Shown one piece after another: positions 40,019 to 53,218 of a DNA stretch of 64,000 bases. Source of the DNA: Adineta vaga (taxonomy: Eukaryota; Animalia; Rotifera); assembly GCA_021613535.1 (NCBI GenBank), contig CP075496.1:11160001-11224000 (forward strand), written 5' to 3'. The position numbers were made by a program, and so were the translations under genes. The number at the start of each line of letters is the position of its first letter. The first letter of the stretch is position 1. The notes beneath the pieces were generated by a model that worked only from the letters and a program-made list of their open reading frames with translations, was not told where the DNA came from and searched no databases.

Positions 40019-43000
40019 ATGGCTCCATTTACGTTTACGCTATTTGCTCCTTACAACAAACAAGCAGCATTACGAGTACGTCTTCTTTGTATTCATGAAT
40101 CTTTTTTTTCAACTGAAAATTTTCGTGTTATTATTAGTTGAAAAATGCACATGCGCGAATGTTTGGTGTTGATATTCGTAAGAGAACTACTTAGAATTGT
40201 AGATTGTTTTATTACATAATGAATCTTTTTATTTTGCTAGTTATGGAAAAAGATGAATCTGATGGTTATTTTCGAGCAACTGTAGATTTAGCTGATGGAA
40301 TTTTTCATTATCAATTTAAAAGTAGAAAAAGAAGATTATTCTATTAGACTCTAGAAGATATCGATTCTATTTTAATTTATAGTTCAAACAAAATCTTGGT
40401 TTGAACAAGAACCGGAACCTGCTTTACCTAATTATGACGATGATGCATACAAAGAAATGAGTAAGCTCTGAGAACTTTTTTTTGTGATGATGAATATGAC
40501 ATCAGATGAATTATTATCTTTCTTTAGCTGAAGAAGAAAAAAATGAAAAAGCAGAAGCATATAGTAAACTTCTTCAAGAAATTCGTGAACGAAATCGACA
40601 ACGTGAACATGAAGCTACATTTACTGAAATCTGGTATACTTTTGTTGATCCATATGCAACAGATGTTGATGAACGTGGCACTGGTAATTAAATTCTTCTA
40701 ATGAAAAGAGAGAGAGAGAGAGAAAGAAAACAGGCTATGTATGTATAAATTACAGTAAAGATGAAATAGAAATATCGTGTCATTTCATTCCATTTGAATG
40801 TTTTATGTCATGATGATTTCAGAGAAATATAAGAAAAAGATCTCGGTATATCATTTGCATAGCGTACGATTCAAAGAGTTTCTTGTTGATTGATTTTAGC
40901 AAAGATAATTATTAGATTAATAAATTAAACTCTTTCATTTTCGTTTAGATGATGCACATAAAGCTGTCGGTGTATTAACGATAAAAAATGGCAAACGTAT
41001 CATTGGTATACAAATTCAAATTTGTTTTCGAGTAAACAACGAAATAATCGAATTATTTATTTAGACGAATATGAATGGAAACATGATAATTGTAACTTGC
41101 CACCCGATGAAGAACTTGTTATCTATGAAATACATGTTGGTGATTTTTCTGGTGGAGAAAATGACACAAATGCGCGTGGAACATTCACTAATGTGACGAA
41201 AAAAATTGAATACTTAAAAGAACTTGGTGTGAATGCTAGTAAGTCATATTTTTGCTGCCTTTTACGAACACAATTGAATCTATTTTGTGTTATTTAGTTG
41301 AACTTATGCCAATTAAAGAATATCCTGGTAAGGAAAACTAAGCTTTATTTAATTGAAATATATAGGTTGTGCTTTTTTTTCCAATAGGAAACCATTCTTG
41401 GTGAGAATCGTTTTGATTTGCAATGAATAATTATGATAGATTTCTCTAATTTCGTCTTGGCTATTTATTTTTGTAGGGGGTATGTAGTTTGTTATTTTAT
41501 AATCACAAAATTTTGATAATCTCTTATTATTCAGATACAATCCACGTTATTATTTTGCTATCGAAACAAGTTATGGTACAACAGCAGATTTAAAAGAAAT
41601 GATTGATGAATTACATAAAAATGGTATTCGTGTTATTTTGGATGGTGTAAGTAAATATATCACGCAAAGAGATACATCCTCTTGATATTATATTAGGTAT
41701 ATAATCATTCCGATTCTTCTTCACCATTAACACAAATTGATCATGATTATTGGTATCATCATAATCCAAAAGATGTAACCAGTAAGAAAAATTCATGTTT
41801 TCTTTTTCAATAATGAAAATTGCAATTTAATTTTCGAGTACTATCTTAACATAAGAATTAATTACGGTTATCTCTTTTGCTTAGAAACTGTTCGATAAAT
41901 ATTTTCGTTTGCAAATAATAATTATCTTGTATGTATAAGATTATTTTAGAAGATTTGATATAATGATATGACCATCTTGATTTTACTTCTTATTAGAAAA
42001 CTTGTAATATTGTATTCTTATATTTATTCATTTGAGATTACTTACTTACTTGACATTGAAAGATATGACAATGAAAACTGAAAATTGAATCTTCATACAA
42101 ACTACTCGAATACTGACATTCAATTAATTGTTAAACTCTCCTTTCCTTTCTTAACATAATATTCGTTATTAAAATTAATAAAAAGTCTTATTTTTCTTGC
42201 CTAGTGTCATGGGGACCTGAATGGAATTATAGTACGTATATTTGTTTAAAACGTGACTCGAATATTTATAGTTCTATTTCTTATTGCTTAGGCTTTTATG
42301 ATCCCAAATATAACATTTGGCCAGCTCGTAAATTTGTTGGTGATTCTATTCGTTATATGGTTGAAGAATTTCACATTGATGGCTTTCGTTTCGATGCTGC
42401 TAGACAAATTCAAAATTTTGATTTTCTTCATTGGGTAGTGAAAGAAGCAAAGAAAGCAGCTGGACCTAAACCATTCTATTGTGTTGCTGAATTTCTACCG
42501 GATGAACCATGTATAACAAATATTGATGGACCTATGGATGGATGTAATAATTGATGAAATCTTTTACTTTTTAAAATTGAAGTATTATGTTTAGGCTGGC
42601 ACGATAGTTTCTATTGGGCATTACGTGATTTACTACTATATGATAATGTAGATATTGGCCGATTGAAAGCTGGTATTGATTGTCGTCAACAAGGCTTTTT
42701 AGGTGTGACAAATGTTGTGAATTACATTGGAAATCATGATCATGATCGAATGCTTGTTGAAATGGGTAATGAAACGATTGAATGAGTGATTCAAAGAAGT
42801 AAAAATTTCTTTATTTAGGTAAAGAACGATCGATTTTCGGTGAAGAAGCATTTAAACGTGTTCGTCTTGGTGTCGTTCTTCAAATGACAAGTATTGGTAT
42901 TCCAATGATTTGGATGGGAGAAGAAATGGGAGAGTAAGTTTAGAATTTGATGTGTATAAAAACATAAAAAATGCCTTTTTTTCCTAGATATAAAGAAAAA

Positions 43001-43685
43001 ACGATTGGTATAGCTAAAATTGATTGGTCATTAATTGCCGATCGCGAAGATAATTCTAATCAAATCAATAAGAATTTATTATCATTTTATCGTGGTTTAA
43101 TTAATTTACGGAAAAGCAATAAAGCATTTTATTCAACAAATTTGGATTTTATTCATGAAGATCATGATGCCAAAGTGTTAGCATATCAACGATGGTAATG
43201 ATAGAAAGAAAAGATTGATTGAAAGTTAGAAATCATTTCTTTCGATTTCATATATTGTAGGTCTGATTCAGGTGAACGTGTTGTTGTTATTGTTAATTTA
43301 TCTGGCAATTTTCTTGGTAAATAGACATATTTGATTGAATAAAAAGCAAAGAATATTATTTTATGTTTATTTAAATTTAGCTGACTATCATGTGCCAAAT
43401 ATGCCAGTTAATGGTTGGTGGCATGAATGGACATTTAATTATGATGCTAACGTTGAAAATAATGAAGTACGTCTTGATATAGCTGAACGTGAAGCAAAAA
43501 TTCTTGTCTGGCTTGGTGAAAATTATAATTCACCACAGGCTGAATCTGCTGCACAACCAGAAACAGTCCCTGTTGAATCTGAAAAGGCTACTGCTCAAGA
43601 ACAACAACAACCATCACAGACAGATTCTTCAACGAAATCAAAGCTTGATTCAACTCAAGCAGAAGTTCCTCTACCTCAATATTAA
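40019..43685 (+). CDS. GH13 alpha-amylase-family glucan enzyme of cyanobacterial type (CBM48-like N-domain plus catalytic domain), 19 exons
   Basis: FTLFAPYNK, DPYATD, VIYEIHVGDFSGGE, IELMPIKEYPGNHSWGYNPRY, LDGVYNHS, DGFRFDAARQ (nucleophile D), VAEFLP (acid/base E), IGNHD, IPMIWMGEEMG. All 18 introns are GT-AG and phase-compatible. Confidence 0.93.
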
Positions 43686-44746
43686 ATTTAGTCGTCATTA
43701 CATGACTTTTTCCTTTGTCATGAATGATCTTTTCAATCTTTCCTTTGATTTTTCTTTTGTTCAACACTGTTCGTCAAACGACTATACAGAAACGATTGGA
43801 TAAACAATTCTGATCCTTGCACTTCTTTTGTAATTTCTTGGTTTGTTTCACATTTTTTTACATGTATTCATGCGAAAGTCATTTCATTTTGTGTGTGTTC
43901 CAGTAGTTAACATTTCTCTTTCAGTACTTTTTTCTCTCTTATACCTGACTTTTTGACGAATGGAATAGTATCAACTGAAAAATTCCTTTCCAAGAAATTC
44001 TAACAATTTTTTGTTATAAACTCGATGCGTCCATTACATATGTACTCTATTATAATAGAAAAAATATTCTTGTTCGATTTCTTTCGTTTTTCAACATGTT
44101 TTTTTTCTTGTCATTTGTGATAATGAGGAAAATATTGGGAAGAAAAAGAGTTAGCATGTATTACAGACACAACTAGCGTTTTTCTCTTTATCTTGGTTTA
44201 AATAAAAGTATTTTATCATAAAAAATTTTAAAAACTTCAATATGATTGATACCTTCGTTAACAATTTGATATGAAAGATTCATCCTTCACAATAAGTGTG
44301 GAAACTTTTGTTTTTAGTAAATTATCTCAGAATCATATAATGAGCTAAACATGGATACAACAAATTCATGTTATATATAATAAGCACTCGTGTGATTGGA
44401 AAAGTAAAACTATCGAATAAATACCTTTTTTCCTTCATTATTCTTATTCTTAAGCTAGATAGAATAACGATTCGAATATCTTAGTCTTATATGTATATAA
44501 AAGTATGTGAACAAACACTACATCCATCCTTCATATCATTCTTGTTATTAAATAACCACGAATAGTGATTATACACTTCGCGAAGGTAGTTCGATTTTCA
44601 TGACATCATACAGGATTGCTGAAAATATTTTATAAAGGTTATTAGTCATACGCGTTACTTTCAGCTGGTCAAAGTTCCAGAAGTAAGATATTAAAAAAAT
44701 GTTTTTTTGTATGATTTTATTTCCCATTTACTATCATATAAACTTG

Positions 44747-45931
44747 ATGGTACAGAAATTGCTAATCTTTCTGATCCTTTTGAAGACAGTGAAAACTTTC
44801 AATTTTACTACAGAAACATCTTACACACAGAACACGACAAGTAGATATGCAACACATTCAAACCATACTGATCATTTAAATGAGACATCAACGGCATGGT
44901 ATCAATTACATTCCAGAACTTCACAATATCCTACACAAATATCAAGTTCCGGATATTCACGGCATACTAGTTATCCAACAGAAACATCAACAGCTTGGTA
45001 TCAGTTACATACAAGAACTATTGAATATAATACATCACAGTCTACTCAATATTATCCATGGTATATGAATAATTCAACTCAGTTCGTAACAAATGAAAGT
45101 TTTTGGCATATCGATAATTCTACACAGTCATCTTTTCCAGAAAATCCGTGGTACACAGATCACAGCACGGCAAGAACCATATCTGAATATCCGTGGTACA
45201 CGAATTATCCTACACAATCATCAACGTATGAATATTCAAGAGACACCTATCAATCAACGCATACGACAACACATGCTTAAGCCTCCGAACATTGGCACCG
45301 GACATCATCGCCATCGACATTGAACCAACCTTTCGTCAGTATTAATATAATACGAGCAGGCAATGTTATTTTGCAAAGCACTTCTTCATCTGTTGATCAT
45401 TCAGTTGAATTTAGTTGTCGTTCGAACATGGCTTCTTATGATCTAGCATATATTGTCAATATGACTTTAACTATTAATTCAACCGCTGATTGTGACGTAG
45501 TTATTCGCGCATATGAATTTCGAAACATACGTCTTGGTGCTGTTAATCGTGTTAGAACAGCAAATTTTTTGCAAGGAAATTATCTGACAGTTGATGCAAC
45601 TGATGCTTCTCAAGTTATGTTGAACAATATTACTTATAATGAGATCAACATTTTTCTAGCGAATACCAGTAATATGATACTATGGGGTTCAGCAGAAAGA
45701 ATGAATGCGACACAACTTGGTACGGGAACTATTGATGCTCGTTCACTTTCATCTAATTATGTTACGGTATTTACCAATAATTCAGGATTAGTAAAAGTTA
45801 AATCAAATGATTACCTTTCGGTATTAGTAAATGGATTGAGTGATATCATTTGGTGTGCAGCACATGGAGATATTAAAATACAAGGCGCAGAAAAATATAT
45901 ACCACCTAATCTCATCTATTATTATGAGTAA
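44747..45931 (+). CDS. Secreted S/T/Y-rich mucin-like protein fused to a DUF2807/GIN-like beta-helix, interrupted by an in-frame TAA at 45278-45280
   Basis: ORFs 44699-45280 and 45320-45931 share one frame and are separated by a single stop. Signal MVQKLLIFLILLKTVKT. Repeats ETSTAWYQLH x2 and (Y/N)PWY x3. C-terminal GSAERMNATQLGTGTIDARSL...NNSGLVKVKSNDYLSVLVNG resembles DUF2807 repeats. Confidence 0.6.
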
Positions 45932-46167
45932 TTTTCGCTGAAAAAATGGGAAAAATGCTATTTTTTCTCTTATGATTCTTCTATTATCAACGCAGACATC
46001 AAAATAAAACTAACAAAATGCTTCGACAGAATTAACTCTTTCTGTGTAGAAAAATTTTGATACATTTTAATTTTTTTCGAAATCAATTCATACTTATTTC
46101 GATTATTGTTTATGAACTAGAAACAAAAACATAATCAAATTTTAAAAACAAAACAACTTGACAACTA

Positions 46168-49100
46168 TCACACTAAGAAATGGAAGGTGTCTTGAAAGCC
46201 TAAATTTCTATCACTGAACTACAAATATTTCTTAAAAAAAAACTACTATGCTAAGATTGGTTCATGATACACTGGAAAAAAGATCGAAAATGAGTAATAA
46301 AAAATGTACAATAATCAAACATGAGATATCAACTTTATTTCGAGTTGTTATTGTTGACAAATTCGTATCACCGTTTGCTTGATTTGCATCACTGGAAGGT
46401 TCAGGTTGACAAGTAAAATCAAAATGTGCGGTAGGATCAATCATACTAAATTGATATGATTGAACTGTCGGCATATAAGGTACACGGAAAGAAGCAGCTT
46501 GCTAAAAGAAAAAAAGAACAGAATAGAAAATATATGATAAAAGAAAGAAGATTGTGAACTTACTGATGCAGTCAATGGACGTTTTAAATTAATTAAACCA
46601 GTTGTTTTTAAGATTTCTTGATCATCTGGAAAATCATCATCATCAGATAATCGTATTTCATCATATTGCGAATTTTTATTTGCTTTTTTAGAATTATTAT
46701 TCTTATCTGTTTTTGTTTCGTCTAATAAACCAATGATAATCATATAAATTCAAGAAGAAAAAAGAGTTTTTAAATTTACCTGTAGTTTTATCTTTTGATG
46801 AATCATTTTCATTTTCATTTTTTTCCTCTTCCTCATCTTCATCTCCAACTAATTTTTTAATATGTGTTGTAATACTTTTTCGAGTAATAGCTCTTCCTTG
46901 ATTGACCATACGACGTTTATGAGCTAATTTCTCATAATCATCATCATCATCCAAAGATGAATCATTACTATCACGACGTTTTTTCGTTGGTCGATGTTTC
47001 GGTGCAGGAGTTGGATCATTTTCTTCTTCATCACTCATATTTTCTTGTTGAATAAGAGATTTTATTTTCTTTGGTGGTGCTCGTCTTTGTCGTTTCGGTT
47101 TAGCATCTTTCTTTTTCTCAGCATCTGTTTTCTCCGTGATATTTTTACCAATTTCACTGATACCGAAGACATTTTTACCAAATTTATTTTTATCAAATAG
47201 ATTTGGCCCAATTTCATTCGTGCTAAAGACATTTTGACCAATTGAATTTATATCAAATGGATTTTTATTGCGTTCATTTGTATCAGATTGAATAACAGGT
47301 TCCGATTTGATTGTTTCTATTGGTGATGAATTGCTCAAAGTATCGCCATAAACTAAATAAATAACTCAATCAATGTCAATGATTTTATAATTAAATTGAA
47401 AAGTTTCATATCGTTCATAATCATAGATTAACTGACACCTAACTCAAAGAAGTTTATTATGGTTAAAAGAAAGAAATCTGCTTATATTTATGAAATTTGA
47501 GAAGTCATTTCTACGTACTGATAGTATCATCATCTGATATGCTTGGTGATATCTGGAAATTGCTACGTTCCGGTCTAGTGAAAAGAAATTATATTAAAAA
47601 TCAAGATAAACAGTATCATCTTTTTACTTTGATATCGATTTCGTCTTTGATATTGATGACATTGTTGGTCGTTGTCGATTTCCCCAAGCAATATCATCGT
47701 CACTCATGACACCATCATTATAATCATTAGTGTAATCATTATAATCATCACAATCATTATTTTCTTTTACACTACTTTGACTATCATTATTGATAGTGCT
47801 GCATTATAGAAAAAGCAATTCATATTTGAATGAAACTAATCTCAGAGAAATATACATACCGTCTTCGACTAGGTACAAAATTAGCATCATGTTTACTATC
47901 AGATGCATCGAAATCTTCATCAAGTTCATAACGAGCACGTTTTTTCGTTGATTTACGTTTCGTAACTATCTTATCGGAATCACCTATACAAAAATGAAGT
48001 TCATTTTCAAACTTTTTGAATTGAAATCAATTCATATAGAATACACACCTGATTCATCTTCCATTGAATCTTTATGTATTCCAGCATTCTTAAGAGCATC
48101 TTCGAATTTTTTGTTATACTCATCAAGAGAATAACTTTGTGCTTTTCGTCTACATGCTCTAACTCGGCGTTTTCCTGTTTGTTCTTCTTTATCCTCTTCT
48201 TGATCTTTTGGTTTACGATTTTCATCATTTTTACATCCATAAACACTGTCAACATCATCATTTTCTATAGTATTTGAATTTGTTTTCTTCTGATTTGTTT
48301 CTTTGTCATTATCAATTTCAGTATCATCACTTGAACTGATAACATTGACTTGTCGTTTGCGTACTGGTGGTTTAATACAACGTTCAACATTAACAGCAAC
48401 ATTTGTTAAACGTTTTCTTCGTTTGGATGCTGTTACTTTACGTTTCACTTCGAATTGTTCTTGATCTTTAATAAGTGTAAGTAATTTTTCTATTAAACCA
48501 TCGCATAAATGTTTATGTTCACATAATGGACAATACCAATCATCATTGGGAACAGCTAATAATTCTGGTTTAACACATTCGATATGATAAGCATCATCGC
48601 AAGTTTCACATAATAATAAAATTTCTGGACGATCACTTTGTGAACATGCACAGCATGATTTCGAAGAGAATTCAGATTGATCACAACATTTGGCTACCGT
48701 TTTTGCTGTTTGACATGGAATATAATCATCGTCATCATCATCTTCTTCTTCGAATAATTCTCCATTAAGAAGTCCATCTAATTCTGTATTACCGGGTAGA
48801 TAATCTTGAGCAAAATCATCATCATCATCATCATCCGATGGTTCTCGATCATCGGAAGTTGTCGATGAAAATCCATTCATTGAACCTTTCCCACGTCGAC
48901 GACGTCGACGATTACGCTGTGAATATTGACGACGATCATTTGTTCTTGATGAATTACAGTAATTTCTCCACTCTTTATTCATTGATCTTGTTGTAAATGA
49001 ACTCTAAAAAGCAATATCATTCTATTCCATGAAATACTATCACATTATTAGTTTGATACGTTCAAGTTTACAAATTTTCGAGTATGAACTCTATTCTCTA

Positions 49101-51643
49101 TGAGAAAAAGAACTACTAGAAGGCTTTTGTCTACATTATTCTTACTTGTGAGTTTGGTTGACTTGCACTTGATGAATCTGGTGAAAGTTCAGCGACAAAT
49201 GCTCTCCGATTACGTTTTGGTCGTCGTAATGCAATAGGCAAATCGACATTATTCTTTGTCACTTCTCTCGCGGCAATTGGACGGAAATTTTGACGAATTT
49301 CATCTTTTTTTTCTTTCGTTTCACTTTTTTTATCACTTTCATTGTCACTTTCCTTTCACTATCATCATAGTCAACTAATTTACGTTGTATTCCTGATTCT
49401 AATGCCGTTTTTAATACAATCACTTGTGTATTATCATTCTTATAATTTTTCATTTGAATTTTATTGATTGCTTTGTCGATTTCTTCATTTGTTGGATGAC
49501 TATTAGTTAATTCGTTCAAACATCCAACCGAATATATTGAATCTCGTGTATCCATTGATGATGATGATGTACTCAAACGATTCACATTAATTTCAACAGA
49601 ATTAATGGATTCTTGATCAGATGATAAATCTTTTATAATGAAAAAAACAAATTTCAGAAGTGATAATTTCAATTGTTTAAGACATACCGAAAAAGTTTGT
49701 TACTTTCGAAGATTTCAATAGAGATGCTGAGGATGGTAGTTCTCGGTCAAGACTAACCACAGGATCCAAATCAATATGTTCATTCTTTATATAAGCTTCA
49801 ATTACAAGAAATGCAATATAAAAACTGAATTTCTCTTATCTTCTATAATTACTTGAACCAATTCGTATCGACGAAGGACTATGTTCATTTGATACTTCTT
49901 GTTTTGTTTTCATATAAAATGAATCTGGCGAATAATGTTCTTCAAATACACTTGATGGTGTTAATGAATTCAACGATTCACAAGCAAATTTCCAATCTAT
50001 ATAAGATTTTCTCGAAATAATATAAATGAATTAAAAAAATAGTTTACCAGGAAATTTTTGCCGTACACGATAATCAGTAACGAGAATTTTAAGTAAATTT
50101 TCTAATTCTTGTGAATTTCTTAACAAAAATAATGAGATTTAAAGAAAAAGAAGAATCAGACATCGATTCGACTTACTTAGCAAGATTAATCCATGTACGA
50201 TTAGCATCAATATCTTCACGAAATAAACGTATAAAACAATCCGTATCCTATAAATAAACGAATATTTCTTTTTTTTCCTAGAAGTTTCAACTTAGATGTA
50301 ACTGGATGTTAAAAATCACATAAATACAAGATCTATTTGCTTCATTCTCTGTAAATATCACTGAGGTACTCTTAACAAATATGATCTGTCTTGTTGGTGA
50401 GATTGAAAATATTTTTTGAATTTAAGTCCAAGAACATTTATTGAAGCGAAAGATCAAATCAAAACAATGTGTAGTAACTGACTCATCATCACTATACACG
50501 TGCGACGACGCCTTCAAAAATGATTATGTATGCATATGTAAACACATATATACAAGCTGTGAATCAAATGAAATTTCTATCATAGTAATTATCAATTGCT
50601 TCTAAATCAAGAAATAAATTAATATATAAATGAATTCCACTATCATATGGAATACAGTAACTATGGAATCATAGAATGAACAAATTTCTGTTCTTTAAAT
50701 TCTAGGAATCATTTACACTAGGTTGAATTAGAAAGCTAAATAAAAATAATTCGATTTTTACCATAAATAACCAATATGAAGCACCCAATCGATCTCGTCC
50801 AAATGGTTTTGAAGATACATCAGATGAGGCTTTATTCGACAATGAATTTTTCATAGTTGTATTACGATCAAATTGTTTTTCTAGTAGATTCTACAAAGAA
50901 ATGTATAAGAAAATTCGTATAAATAAATCATGAAATAAAAACAAAGAGTTTTTCTACTTTTAAAATTCGAAGTTTTATTTCAACTTTTGTTTTAGCATAT
51001 CCATGTTCGTCTAAATGATCGCCATCTTCACGACTGAATCGATAGGCAAACTAAATCGAGTAAATCATATATTAAGATAAAATTTTCATTGAGATTATTT
51101 TACCCTCTTCATACTAGGAACAAATTGATCACGTTCAATTGTTTTACCTGAAGAAATCTTCTTCAATAAAGTTAAATGAAAATCAATATACCGTGCACTA
51201 ACTATAGAAAAGAAAAGAAATCTTCTCGTTTCGTTTCCGTATTCAATAAAATAAGAAATCGTTTTCTTACATTTTTCATGTTCACTAATCAAATTATCTT
51301 CGAATATTCGTAGTGGATAATTTTTCAAATTGATATGCGATCGAAATTTATCCATAAATGAAAGAATAACACCATAATTTGGATCATTCAATAAATTCAA
51401 CCGTCGTTGATCACGTTTTGGACAAAATTTATCTTTATCAAATTCATCAGTTGAAGAGTCTTCAGTTGTGGAATCGTCATCAACATTTAACATTCGTTCA
51501 ATATCCGATTCAGTTAATATTGGTAGAGAAATGACTAATTCTTTTTTCAAGATTTCCGGATCGATGTACATGGAAGCATCATTGTCGTTGTCCATGATGT
51601 AGCTGTCGTTTGGCTTTAATGAATTTAACCGATGGTCAATCAT
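46168..51643 (-). CDS. RSF1: Remodeling and spacing factor 1-like (DDT/WHIM, PHD, acidic tracts); apparent frameshift near 49352; 3' end uncertain (46168 or 46262)
   Basis: DPNYGVILSFMDKF, DFHLTLLKKI, LRILKNLLEKQFDRN, PFGRDRLGASYW, PHD CCAC...LLLCETCDDAYHIECVKPEL...WYCPLCEH, RRKAQSYSLDEY. Confidence 0.85.
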
Positions 51644-53218
51644 TCAGATGGTCACTCATTCATTGGTTTGAACATAACGTCTTTGTTTCATTAATGGGAC
51701 AATATGTGGCACCCTCTGTATTCAACGCTTTCGTTCGATTTCACGTGTAATTTTTGTTTTTTTTATGATTTTTGAAAGTTCTCATTGTATCAACGAAGGG
51801 AAATAGCATCAAAACAATAAGTTATGATATTAATGAATTATTTCAAAAATCGATAATTGACTTCCATTTGAAAGAGTCAGTAATGCACTTGATTTCTCAT
51901 CATATACTTTTGTACTGATGAAATAATATGTGTCTGTAAAAGGAAATGATTCGTAGACTTTTAAAGAATATTTGAAAGATTTGTGCAGATGAACAAGTGA
52001 AACTAATTTTCAATACAGAAGCCATCTATCGTATTGTTTTTAACTTAGAACGAACAGTAATAGACTTATGGAATGACGTGACTTATTATCTCTATCCTAC
52101 CCTTCCTTATCAATCACCAGTTTCAAATCATATCTTACAAGACTAGAATGCACCAATATCTAGTTTACAAACAGTTAAAACAGTACTACTTTTTCTATGT
52201 ATAATTATGATAAAAAAGTATCGAAATAATCGAACGTTCCACAGAATACTCAAAGAATTGCGATGCATAATTTGCAGTTCTCTCAGTGATATATTGAAAA
52301 CAAACAAAAGATGGAAAGAAAATGTGTTGTTCAATTACTATGATATTGGACGCATGTCAATATCATAGGTAGCAGTTAATATCGCAATACATCATCTACC
52401 TGTTCAATAGAAGAAGGATTCTTGGTCAGATACATTCGTAAAACGAAGCATCGGGTTGTTAAAACTTGCATTCACAATATTGACACATTAAGATGAAGTA
52501 TCGATGCTTATAATATTGTCTTAAATACAAGGTATACGGATAAACTAATGTTATTCATCTATCTTTACTTGTATTTTCAATTGACTCGTAATTTCATAGA
52601 ATTCGATACTTACCGCACGTTTTGCTAAGAAAACATTAAAATCGACTTTTGAAAAATGATATCTTTTGTACTGAAACCTCGTGATAAAAAAAGACAAATA
52701 CATCATTACGTATTGAATATACATATCATTACACTACTGAATTCGAAAAAGATACTTTCAAATTGTCGTCTAATCATATTATTCATAATTCAAGATAACT
52801 CGACTGATGTGCTTGCAGTTGTAATTGCGATTTTTAATTCAATTCAATCAACGTATATGATGCAACAGCCAACAGCATAAATTTCATGAAAATATTTTAA
52901 TTCGTGAGAAAAAACCCTTCTCCGTGATGCATACACATCTGAATACAAAAAATTATTTGAAAAAAATAGTGAATTCTATTTTTATCGTTTTATGGTTACA
53001 TATTTCATCTCAAATTGTACAAATTGTATTCATACATAATTTAAAATTCTTTATAGATGTCACTAAAGAAAGTATGCGTCATTCAAGAAAAGGAAGAAGA
53101 AGAAACGATAAACGAAAGAAGCCTGTTTTTCTAAAACGTAGCTAATGTTGTTTTTTCCAACCTATTTCTTGATAAATGTGCTTTATTTAGGTGTTTTCTT
53201 CACTCTACAATATTCATA

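Noticed and set aside
50250-50760. Long RSF1 intron with a GTGATGA box-C-like motif on the minus strand
   Set aside because: No matching box D, terminal stem or recognisable rRNA guide.
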